Shown: positions 1 to 11,637 of the stretch, piece after piece
How the letters are laid out: the number at the start of each line of letters is the position of its first letter
Position numbering within the stretch: the first letter of the stretch is position 1
Source of the DNA: Rhizaria sp. SCN 62-66
Lineage: Eukaryota
Direction: 5' to 3'
NCBI GenBank assembly: GCA_001724265.1
Contig: MEDY01000161.1
Coordinates: 62,001-123,496, forward strand
Length of the DNA: 61,496 nt
The notes under the pieces: model-generated
What the model was told of the DNA's origin: nothing
Databases searched by the model: none
The model's input: only the letters and a program-made list of their open reading frames with translations
Program-made: the position numbers and the translations under genes

Positions 1-33
1 CAGCAGCCGCTCTCGCGTCGCGACCCCAGTCAT

Positions 34-210
34 CGCGGCAGTGGGCAACATGCTGTACACATGCGCAGGCCGACTTTTCTTGTCGACACCGGAGGGGTTT
101 GTATCCGGCAGGTTGCTCCTAGCCGGAGCAGCGGTAAGCGCAACCTGCCGGATCAACCCCCTCCGGTGTCGATAAGAAAAGTCGGCCTGCGCCTGTTGCC
201 CACTGTCGCG
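34..210 (+). other. Long imperfect inverted repeat / RNA hairpin (pre-miRNA- or hpRNA-like candidate)
   Basis: 34-50 pairs with 194-210, and 63-116 pairs with 140-192. Two departures from perfect complementarity are G-U wobble-compatible on the + strand; there is also one mismatch and one bulge. Loop is 117-139. The repeat is seen directly; RNA function is inferred. Confidence 0.6.
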
Positions 211-819
211 TTGGTGACGAAGACGATGACGAAGACGATGAAGACGGCGATGATGGTGGCAGTGGCGGCGACGACGGTGATGATGGAGACGAGGAGGACC
301 ACGGCAACGGTGGCGACGACGATGAGGACAATGTGTGACATAATCACCACTGTGACGGTCGCTGTCAGTCAGTCGGTCCGTCATTTCAGATATAGAGTTT
401 TGGTCAGCCCAATGATTGTTTAAACTTGCAAAGTATGATATACTCGAATTCGATGTCATATTTTGTATTGTGTTGAATAATTGGGTTATTAGAGAAGATA
501 CGAGCCTAGATTGGAATGTTATTGTTTGTACATACCCTACATATACCCCTTTTTTATATTAATTATTAACTAATGTTACACGTGGGCACTGAATCATTAC
601 CAAACTACAGCAAGGATAATTATAGTCGTAGCCAACAAACTAAGTAGTAAGACATGGACACACACACGGGGCGTATCAGTGGACAAAGAGGCTTTTAAAA
701 CAAGCAGGGAAGCAAGCAAACTCCGCCCTAACACCCGCCTATTCAAGATAAGAACAGTTATACAGAAGGCGCTACATGTACATTTCGCGGCTCAGAGAGT
801 GTGCAGGATTTCCATGTTC

Positions 820-3314
820 TCAGAGTCCCATCTCGTTCTTGCAGCGCGCGAGCATAGTGCGAATATCCGTGAACGAAGGCCGCAGATCGGGCTGCATGAA
901 GCAGCGGCCGAGCATGGTAAGGAAGAGCGGTGAGAGTACCCGTGAGGCGGTCGTGCCGCCGCCCGCGCTGCGGCCCGCCAGCTCGTCCGCTGTGGGCACC
1001 TTGAGACGCGTGCCGCTCTTGCCGACGGCGTCGACGAGCTCAGCCACGGTGTAGCCCTGGAACGGCTCCTGGCGCGCGGTGAGCTCCCAGCACAGTACGC
1101 CAAACGAGTACACGTCCGAGGCCTTGGTGGGCGTCGCGCCCAGCAGCACCTCGGGCGCGGACCACGCGGTTAGGAAGCGGTGGCCCAACATGACTTCGGC
1201 GAAGGTCTTGACGGACTTGACGCCGACGTCACAAACCTTGATGCTCATGTTTTCGTCCAGCAGCACGTTGCGCGACTTAAGGTGCACATGGATCTGCCCG
1301 CGCGCGTGCAGCGCCTCCATCGCAGTCGCGACTTCGCTCGCCACACGCACGATCGTCGCCGGGGAGAGGTCCTTGGCCGTTTGGCGCAGCAGGTCGAACA
1401 GGGAGCGGCGCGCAACGTACTCCGACACCGCGTACACGTGGTTGCCCTGTGAGGCAGAATAGACCAGAGTAAGACAGAGAGAGCAAGAGTGAGATAACAT
1501 GTACTCACAAAGGTTTGAGAAGATGAAACAGTGAAGTGATCAAACTATAGACAACAGACAGAAATATATATGCAAAGACGGACCTGTCGCGCAACGCCGA
1601 TGAAGCGCACGATGTGCGAGTGCGCGATGCGGGACTTTTCGTCGAGCTCGACGGCAAGCTCCTCAACCGAAATGGCACGCATGCCCTCGAGGCGGAAGCG
1701 CTTGACGAGCACGCGCTGGTCATCCATCACGCCCACGGCTGTGGTCCACACGCCCGTGTCGCAGAGGATCTGCTGCGCGCCGCCGCTACCGCCGTTAGCC
1801 GCGGTCGCGGCCGCAGCAGCTGCGGCCGCCGCGGAACCGCCCTCGGCCTGCGCGGTAGCCGTCGCCGCGGCAGCCGCGGCGGAGGCAAAGAAGGCGCGCG
1901 GCAGCACGAGGCGGTCCAGGTCGATGCGCTGCGTGGTGGCGGCCGAGCTGAGCGCAGAGGGCTGCAGGAAATGGCTGTTGCCGCGGCCGCCGCCCGCGGG
2001 GGCGGAGATCTGCGCCGAGTTGTAGCGCGCCGCCGCGTCGCTGGCGCTGCCGGCGTCGGCCAGCAGCGGCACCGAGCCCGCCGCACCGGCGCCGTCGCCG
2101 CCGTACTTGCTGCCGCCGGCGCCGGGGGCGCGGAGGTCGATGCCGTCGCGGCCGACCGAGAGCAGCGGCGCGCCGGAGGCCGGGAGCGCGGTCAGCGCGC
2201 CGTAGCCGTCGGCCGAGAAGTTGAGGTTGCCCGCGGCGGCGGCGGCCAGGTCTGCGCTCGAAGCCGAGTCCGGCAGCGAGGGCACCTCGGTGGCGGGGTC
2301 GACACTGATCTCGTCGCCGATGAGCAGGATGCCAATGAGCGCCCAGTCAAGCAACAGCAGCAGCGGGAGAAATTCAGAGACGGCGAGGATCGACACGATC
2401 GTGATGCCCAGCAGGTTCGTCGCCAGACTCTGCTGCCACTCATACGTGATCGACAGGATGAAGACGACGCCGCGCACTAGGCGCGCCGCGGACCACACGG
2501 CGAAGACGACGGTGATCTTGTACACCAGCTCGCGCGCGAGCGGAGACGCCAGCGCGGCGTTGCGGAGGATGCGGAAGGCAAAGACGGCCGCCACGGCCAG
2601 CGCGCAGAGCGGGAAAAAGGTGTTGACGATGGCGCATGACCACTGGATGTAGTCGGACATGGACTCGTCGAAGACGTCCTCCTTGATCGCGAGCAGGAAG
2701 TAGAGGATGAAGACGATGACGTACTGCAGGAACGTCAGGGCGAAGAAGCACAGCCAGGCGATGGAGCGAAAGCGCACGCGCGAGCGCACAATGCGCTGCG
2801 CGTGGGAGAAGACGTACGTCTCGAGCCAGGTGAGGAAGATGATGACGTAGATGGAGATGGTGCACTGTTCGGGCAGCGTGAAGAGCACGGCCTGCAGCGG
2901 GTACCACATCTTGTTCGTGCGGCCGACAAGGCTGAACATCGACAGCACGGCAAAGCCCAGTGTGCGGACGGCGAGGTGGCCCGACACGGCGCGGAAGAGC
3001 ACCTTCTCCGTCACGGCCTGGGTGGAGAACTGATTGATCTTGATGTTGCGGTACACCGAGAGCACGAAGAAGACGGCGTAGACCGTGGCCAGGAAGTACA
3101 GCGTGACGCCGAGACGGTCCAGGTCAAAAACGCGGTACGACGGGGCGACCCTGCCCACGCCTGAGTCGGCCGCGGCCTCGGCGAGCGCCGGGAGCACGAC
3201 GGACGCGGCCGAGGAGGCGAGCGACGACACAGTCGCCGCCATGGACGACACCGCAGCCTCCGTGTGCGAAGACACGGACGCCGCCAGCGCGCCGAAACGG
3301 GAAGAAAACGGCAT
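820..3314 (-). CDS. 7TM (THH1/TOM1/GPR137-like) receptor domain fused to a TKL-type pseudokinase, ~785 aa; exons 3314-1584, 1446-820
   Basis: About seven hydrophobic helices in the N-terminal half. A 137-bp GTCCGT..CAG intron (1447-1583) joins ..GVARQ to GNHVYAVSEY in frame. Kinase motifs: VLVK, HVHLKSRN, DVG, WSAPE, SDVYSFG, RPSF. Ends in TGA. Confidence 0.85.
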
Positions 3315-4197
3315 AAGCGGGGGGCGGCGCGCGAGGGCGACAGGGCGGCCGGAGAGGCGGGGGAGCGAGCGGGCGAGCGAGTGAGGCTGCTAGTGGCGTA
3401 CGTGACGAACAGTGAGACGAGGTCACAAAATCCGGACTCAGAAGGGGTAGAGGAGCTGAACAGAGGTAGTAGCAAAAGGGGTAGCCGTAAGAGTACATTT
3501 AAAGCATATGTGTCGGGCCATGGCTGCAGCAGTGAACAGAGAGTGTCGGTTTCGTAGGGGATTATGAAGGAGCGCAACGCGAGTGCACGATCACCGAACT
3601 AGCCTGCTCTTGAAGAAGGTTTTTGACAAACTTCCACAAGTACTATAAACCGTGATTTTTCACTGAATAGAGAATAGACAGCGTAAATTCTGAAACCAAC
3701 GTTTGTAGTGTTCTTGACGCAGAAATGCAAGAGAACAACTCCGAATCACTGAGGGCTACGTGGCACCCGTCCCCTCCAAGCTTGTGGCGAGGATGACAGA
3801 ACAGCGTGATGAACAGGTTCCTTTGCCACTTCCCACGCTCGCGTGTTTGCAATATGAGACGATATTCACTTCTTTCGAGTTATTTCATGTCATTTGGTGT
3901 ATTGCTGCATATACAGTCTCATGTCTCACCTTCAAACACGACTTGCACTTTTGCATTCTCCATGTGTCTCCCAACCCCTCGCATTGTTTAGCGTTTCTGG
4001 GCGATTGTACAGACGACCCGTTTTGCGTCACCGATACAGACTTAGCCGAGGCTTTTTTGTGCTTTGTTTCGTTCTTAGTAGTGGTTTTCTCCCTTCCCGA
4101 GCGCTTTCCCGCGCGCACCGACCCCTTCAGCTGACAGTCGCGACACGTCGTTTGAGCTGCTTGCTTCCTCGCGTCCGGCGCCTGAGCGTAGACCGCC

Positions 4198-7100
4198 ATG
4201 TCATGCTGTAGCGGCCGCTCCCTCTGCGGAGGTGACGAGAACACAAAAGTACGTGTTGCACTAGTTTTTAGTGCCTAGTACCTCTATTGTCCTCTATAAA
4301 TCTCCTATACCGTGCACCCTACTTGCTTGAACGTCTCTCACAACCCCACTTTCTCTCTTGATGCCCATATCTCCCTTTCGTGTCAACTGTCAATCACTCA
4401 GCTCGGCATTTTGAAGTCATCCCACTTTGCGATGTTCTTCGACAATGTAGAGCTCCGCGCCCTGGCCAAGGCCTGCACGCTTCAGGTTTGCCATCCCTTC
4501 TTCATACCCGTTTCCCTTGCCGCATATCTCTCATTGCCTCTGCTCTTCATTCGCTTTTCTCACTCTCTCATAATGACATTTTTATGCCTCTCCTCTTGTC
4601 GATGTAATATTGCGCTGCGTCCTGCGCAGACGTACCGCCAGGGCGACATCATCTTCCTCGAGGGCGAGCGCGTCAAGCACGTCCACTACCTCACGCGCGG
4701 CTCCGTCCGCATCCTGCCGCCCGAGGCCTTCGTCACGCCCACAGTCGCGCCCATCCACCCTTCTGCGTCGATGGTGGCCGACAGCAGCCAGCTCGCCGCG
4801 GCCGTGTCCGCCGCGGCGCACGAAGTCGTCACGCGCGCGCGCGCCGCGTCCGCCGCCGCTTTCGCGCTGGCCGATATCAACGTCTCCGGCTCCTCCGTCT
4901 CGGGCTTCTCGGGCTCGGGCGTCGGCGGCAGCAGCAGCAACCTCGCCCACGGCGTCCCAACGACGACGACGGCGACGACGACGACTGCGACTCCGACTCC
5001 GTTGCACGGCGGCGGCCACCTCGGCGGCGGCCACCTCGGCGGCGACGGCATGCTGTCCCCGTCGCTCTCGCTGCTCGGCGCGCACCACACCGCCGCCCTC
5101 GACGGCGACGTCCCCGCCGCCTCCGGTGCGGCTGTGACCGGCGCGGCCGTGACCGGCGCGGCCGTGACCGGCGCGGCCGGGGCTGCGATCGCGCTGCTCC
5201 CCGTGGCCGAGGAGACGCCCTCGCTGGCCGACTCGCTCTCGGACTGCCGCGTCTCGCCCTCCTCAACACAACAACAACAGCAACAGCAGCAGCAGCAGGA
5301 GCAGCTCCCCGCGTCGGGCTCTGGCGTGGGCCCGAGCGCGCGCAACCGCGTGGCTTCGCCGGCACACTTGCAGCCCCAGACGCGGACTGCGGTGCCTGTG
5401 CCCGGCGCCGCGTGTGCCGCCGCCGGCGAGAACCCGCCGTCGCCGGTGGCCGTGGGCGACATGAGAGCGCAGGTGCTGCAGCTGCAGCCCGCGCCGCTGC
5501 TGCTCAGCTCTGGGCCCAGCCCCACGGCCGCGGTCGCCGCTGCGAACGACGCGCCAACAGTGACGACCTCTTCGGGGTCAGACGCGCTGCTCGCGGACTC
5601 AACCTCGGCGACTCCCTCGGCCTCGGCCTCGGCGTCCGCGTCGGCCTCTTTGGCGACCCCGTACGACGGCGACCTGAGCTTGGCGACACAGAGACCGGCC
5701 ATCCTGGGGGTCACGACCGCGTCCGCGACGACGACGACGATGACGACGACGGCGTCGACGCCGGGGACAGCCCGTGACCACGCGAGCTTCGTCTCGTCTC
5801 TGTCCTCGTTGACGACGACCACGATGGGCGCGAACGCCGCCGCGGCAACGGCTGCCAACAACAACGCCGACAGCATTTCCAGACCGGGCGTCGCGGGCAG
5901 CGCCGTTCCAGCCGCGCTCTTCCCCGCCTCGGCCTCGGCCTCGGCCTCGGCCTCCGCCTCCGCCGCGGGCGCCGGCAGCGCCGGCGCTGCGGGCGGCTCG
6001 GCTGCGCGATCCCGCGGCGCCTCTCTGGACGGCTCCGACACCGAGTTCCGGTTCAACTTCACGGCCGACTCGGAGCGCGACACGTTCTTCGACACGCAGC
6101 CCGACACGCCGCGCGGCAGCAACAGCGTCAACTCGCAGTCGGGCGGCGCCGGCGGGGCCACGCCGGGCGGCACGGGCCGTGGCGTTGCGCTTAGCATCTC
6201 GCTCGCCACCAACGGCGGCCACGGCCACGGCCACGGCCACGGCCTCGGCCACCACGGCGCGCGTGGCGCCCACCTTAACACCGCGGCGGGCTCGAGCTCC
6301 GCGGCGGGCGCGCGACCCGCTGGTGGCAGCGCGGTGAGCGACGCGCCGCTGGGGCTCGCGCGCTGGGGCCTGATGCCCGAGACGCGCCAGCGCGTGGCAC
6401 CGTTGCCCGCCATCCCGCCGCCCTCGCCGCAGCACTCCGCCGGCGCCGGGGCCGGCGGCGTGAGCGGCGCGGCGCTGGCGGCGCCCCCGGGCACCCCGGC
6501 CAAGGCCCGGCTGAGCTCGCGGCCTGTGTCGCCCGCCTCGGCCTCCACCTCGGTCTTCGCCTCGGGCTTACTCAACAACAACGAGCACTCCGCCCCGCTG
6601 GCCTCGCCGCTCTCGCTGCACTCCCCGGCGTCCCCGTCCGCCGCCGCTCCCGCGTCTGCAGTGGGCCCGATGGTGGCGGGCGCGGTGACTGTGGCGCTTC
6701 ACGATGGCAAGAAGCCGGCATGCACGTCCAACGATGCCGCGCACTTGGCGCACATCGCAGCGCAGCAACAGCAGCAACAGCAGCAACAGCAGAGTCGGCA
6801 GCACCAGTACCAGCTGCCCTCGGCTAGCGCCGCGCCTGCCCCCACGAACAATACCGCCGGGGCCCACAGCCACGCCGCGTCGCCCGCCAGCGCCGGCGCG
6901 AGCGCTGCGGGCGCTTCGAGCGCTGCGCTGGTGAGCCCCGGGATGCAGCTGCTGGCGCTGAACGTGCCCTTCGCGGCCACGCTGCACGCCGGCGCGCCGC
7001 TGGGCTGCGACAAGCTCGACGCGCTGACGTTGTCCAAGGCGCAGGCGCACGCCATGGGGCAGATGCAGCGCAAACAGCGCATCATGGCGCCAAAACGTGG

Positions 7101-10100
7101 CGCCGCAGACAGCTCCAGCATCGAGGCGCTCGTCACCGCGGTCAATGCCCAGCGCACTGGCGCCTGCGACGACGTGGGCAACGCCGCTGGCGCTGCCGCT
7201 GCGGGCAATGCGGGCTGCGCCAACCCGGGGGCGAACGCGAGCGCGGTCGGCGCAGATGCGGCGGCCGGCGCTACGACGCTGCCCGTGTCGTCTTCGTTCA
7301 ACCACGCCGGCGTCATCGCCACCGGGCCGGACCCGTCGGTCGCCACCGCCTCGGGGGCCTCGGCCGCGCAGGACGCCGACGCCAAGGGCCCGCCGCGGTT
7401 TCAGGCCTACGGGCTGTCGCTGTGGGGGAACCAGTCCCGCCGCCGCTGCACCGCCGTGGTGACCTCGCCGTCGTGCCAGCTGCTCTCTCTGTCTGGCCCC
7501 GAGTCGGCTACCTTCCTCACGCGCTTCCCCGAGCGCCTCGCCGCGCTGGTCGCGTGCTGGGGCGTGAACCTTGCGCCCACGCTCAACCACGTTACGCTGT
7601 TCCGCACCGCGATGCTGCCCGACGAGACGGTCACCGCGCTGGGGCTCTCGGCGCGGCTGTGCGCGTATCCGCGCGACTCGGTCATCTTCAACGAAGGCGA
7701 TTTCAGCGAGGAAGGCAACGCCATGTACGTCGTCGCTAAGGGTTGCGTGCGCGCCGTGAGCTACCAAGTCGATTCCGCGGGCGTCACGCGCGAGAACATC
7801 CTCAACACCTTCAACCCGGGTTCGTGCTTTGGTGAAATCGCGCTCGCGGTGCGCATCCCGCGTACGGCTACGTGCGTCACCTCGGCCGACTCTCTGCTGC
7901 TGCGCATCGACCAGGACGTCTTCGAGCGCTTTCTCGACGCTGCGCCCGGCGCGCAGTCGCTTGCCCTGCGCCAGGCGCTCGGCTCGCTCGTTACAAGCCG
8001 TATCACGTCCGCATTCCGCAAGTACAAGGTGCCGTTCTTCACGGCGATCCCTGACGCCGAGTTCCCTAGTCTGGCCTCGCTGTGCTCGCTCGAATGCGTG
8101 CCCGCGGGCACTTACATTCAGCGCAAGGGCTGCATGGCCGAGCGCTTCGTGATGCTTGCCGACGGCATCGTGCAGGTCACTTCGGACGAAAGCGCGTCGG
8201 CGAGTTCGCCCACGGCGGCTGTCTCGCCCACACCGTCCTCGGCGGCACCTGCTACTGCGAACAACAACAGCAACACCGGCAGTGCAAGCGCCAACCAGCA
8301 ACAGGAACAGCCACAGCAGCACAATAACTCGAACTCGGACAGCGCCTGCGACGCGTCCTGCGTGCCGGTCACTGCGAGCGCGCACGGCCGCGACCACGAA
8401 GACGTCGCGCTGGGCCACGAGCCCGGGCGCCCGGTCGACGTCAACGCCTACGCGGCCGCGGCGGCGTCCTTCGTCGAGGCTGCGACGCACCTTTGCGTGA
8501 ACCCCGACTGCTCCGAGAGCCACGCCGGCTCCGCACGCGGCGCCTCGGCATCGACCTCGTGCGCCGCGGGCACGGATACTGCACCGGCGCCGCCCGTGCG
8601 CTCGGCTTCGTCGACCGTGTCCAGCCGTGGCAGCGGCGCCGGAGACGCTGGGGTCCCCGGAAGTCAAGAGTTCCACGACATGCACGCCGCCGCCGCCGCC
8701 GCCGCCGCTGCCACAGCTGCGAACGCTAGCGCTGGTGCTGGTGCGGGCCAGCCCGCGCCGTCGCCGTCGCCCCGCTCGACACGCCTGCCGTCGTCGTCGT
8801 CCTTCTCGCGCAATTCTTCCTCTTCCTCCGCGTCCTCGTCCTCGTCTTCCTCCGCCACCGCCTCCGCCTCGGCCGCGGTGGCGATGACGGGCGCGCCCGC
8901 GGGGTCATCCTCCTTCGGTGGCGGCGCGGGCGTGCCCATTGCGCTCGTCGCCGAGTCCCCAGCCTCGGCCTCCGCGCGCCTGCTCCACAGCGGCCACAGC
9001 GGCCACGGCAGCCACGGCCACGGCCCGGGGCCCGGGCCCGCGCCGTCGGTCGTACCGCCCGGGGCCAAGAGCAACGTCAAGCGCGGGTCCACCTACATGC
9101 GTTCGCGGGCGATCCCGTCCTCAACTGCCGCTGCAGCGGCCGCGGCGACGGCGGCCCCGAACGCGGAGAGCGGGGGCATCACGTCCAACGGCTCCGTCGG
9201 CGCTGGAGCCGGCGCGGCGGGCGGCGGCGCGCCGTCGGCGCTGCGGCCCGCGATGTCCGTGCCGGTGCTCAATGCCGGCAGCACCGCGCGCGGCGCTGCG
9301 GGCACCAACGCCACGGGCTCTACTGCGACGTCGACGGACACTGGTACGAGCAAGGGCAAGAAGAGCAAGGACTCCGCCGCTGCCTCGTCGACCGCGCCCA
9401 AGTCGGGTGCCGCCGCGGGTAAGAAGACATGCTCAACTTGCAAGGCCTCAACTGCGTCCTGCACTTGCCCTGTAGTTACCTCTACCGCCGGTGCTGCGTC
9501 TGCGGCGATCGGCCTGGCGTCCACGACAGCTGCCAGCGGCGGCGCTGGAGCTAGCGGCGCGACCCCGGGCTTGCGCGTGTCGCTCACCACGGCCGCCAAC
9601 GCCGCCAGCGCCGCGCCTGGCACGAGCAACGGCGCGGGCGCTGGTGGCGCTGGTGCCGGCGCGAGCAGCGGCGGCGCGGTGACGAGCTACGGCGAGATGG
9701 GCGCGGGGTCTTACTTCGGCGAGGGCTCGCTGCTCAAGGAGCTCGTGTCCGACTGCGATGTCATCGCCACCACACCCTGCGTGCTACTCTCGCTTACGCA
9801 GGAAAACTTCAACGCGTTCCTCACCGCGTGTCCCGAAGCGGCGCACGACCTCGTGGTGCAGCTCGAGCAGCACACGTTGCCACTGGCGGACCTGCTGGCC
9901 ACACCTCAGGGCCTGTCACTCTTCAAACAGTTCTTGATGCGCGAGTACTCGTCTGAGAACGTCGACTTCTGGTCCGCCGTCTCCAGCTTCAAGATGCTCG
10001 CCGAGACGGCGTCGCCTGCCGAGGTGCTCGCGTGCGCGATCTTCATCATCCGCGACTTTATCGCGCCTCAGGCTGAGCACCTTATCTCGCTCCCGCGCGC

Positions 10101-11088
10101 CGTGCAGCTGGGCCTCATGGCGCAGGTTGCCGCTGGCATCGCGCCGCAGCAGCCGCCCGCCGGCCGCGCCGCGCAGTACCAATTCGGCGGCGACGGCTAC
10201 AGCTATGGTGCGGGCGACGGCGACGGCGATGGGACGACTCGGCCGCTGCAAGGACTGGAGGAGCTCAACCGGCGCGTAGACGAGGACCCCTCGGCGATCG
10301 CGCGCTTCTTGGCCAACAACGACCACATCGCGCACTACTCGACCACGATCTCGGCATTCACCGGCGTGCCCGTGCTGTTCCCTCACGCTCAGCTCTCGGC
10401 GCCCGAGCTTGTTCCCGGCGCACGCTCCGCCGCTCACGGTCATCACGGCGGCCATGGCGGCGGCGGGCTCATGATGCAGACGGCGACTGCGACCGCGGAG
10501 CAGGCGGCCGTCAAGGCGCAGATGCAGCGTCCGCTGCTCTTCGACGACTTCCGTCGCATCTTTGACGGCGTGCAAAAGCAGGTGTACGAACTCATGGTGC
10601 ACTCGGCCTTCTGGCGCTTCAAGCGCTCTGCACTCTTTGACCGCTTCCTGGAGGGCGTCAACGAAGGGCTCGTCGCGCGCCGCGTGCGTGGGGGCGAGAA
10701 CACAGTCACCACGCCCCGCAACGCCGCTGCGGCCGCCGCGCTTGCCGCGGGCGCTGCCACGGCGGCCGCGCTTGGCGGCGGCTCCGGCCCCAGCTCTGTC
10801 TCAGGCTCCGGCTCCGGCCCGGGCGCTGGCGCGGGTGGCGCCGCGGCCGCGCTCTCCAGCATGGGCAGCAGCAACGCAAACCTGGTCGCGATGACCACCG
10901 GCGGTCCCGTGCTGACAGCGAATGAGCGCAGCGTGAGCCGCGCGTCGTCGATGCTTAACATGGGCGGCGGCGCCGTGCTGTCTCCTCCGTCGACGATGCG
11001 CTCCGCGAACACGGGGCTTGGTAACGGGCTCGGCGGGGGCCGAACTGGGTCGAGCAACTCGCTCTACATCGAAATGACGCAGATGTAA
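4198..11088 (+). CDS. Protein with three cyclic-nucleotide-binding (CNB) domains and a C-terminal RGS domain, ~2197 aa; exons 4198-4248, 4402-4485, 4630-11088
   Basis: Start MSCCSGRSLC; GT..AG introns keep the frame. CNB motifs: YRQGDIIFLEGE..HYLTRGSV; IFNEGD..MYVVAKG..FGEIAL..PRTAT; and VPAGTYIQRKG..YFGEGSLL. RGS motifs: LFKQFLMREYSSENVDFW and FDGVQKQVYELM..FWRFKRS. Ends in TAA. Confidence 0.88.
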
Positions 11089-11637
11089 TTAATTCAATGA
11101 GATGTATTTTTTTGTTAATTTTTGTTGTATTTCATTTTACACCCTTTTAAACATCTATGTAAAACAACCTCACTGCGAACTTTTTCAGTGCGCGGGATTA
11201 AGTAATGTTCTGTTTTCGTCGTTTTTGCGTTCATATTTGTTGATGTTGTTGTAGTCTCATCGTACAACGGTGGCTGCAGCAGCGTTGCAATGAGCGTGAT
11301 GTAAATTTGTCTGAATCAAGCCACTATTTTGTCGTCATTTGATCGCACTGTGACAATTTTTTTCCTTACTGTCTCAAAGTGAAGATGGACCTGGTAACAT
11401 AGTTGTTGATTACATGATTCCCGATTCATTTTTATCTGCGTTTGTCGATTCAGCTTGCCATATTTAATAGTTACATGTCCCCTTAATTACTGTCTTGGAA
11501 ATCCGGTCTTGTTGGCTCTTGTTTTTTACCGTCCATGCGGCGGCTTTAGTTTTTGTCGTTGCAAAGAATTTACATTAACGTTCGATAAAAGCATACAGAT
11601 ACTTGCAGATATTAACAGAGAAATACTTGACACAAAG

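Noticed and set aside
61-423. 120-aa ORF, or the acidic tract ending TGA at 336-338, as a gene end
   Set aside because: The open frame gives an implausible Thr/Met-rich product. The plausible Asp/Glu frame has a TAA at 135-137, and upstream context is outside the window.
4312-4629. ORF-track N-terminus of the 2258-aa ORF
   Set aside because: It reads through two pyrimidine-rich introns. The spliced model from ATG 4198 restores a contiguous CNB domain start.
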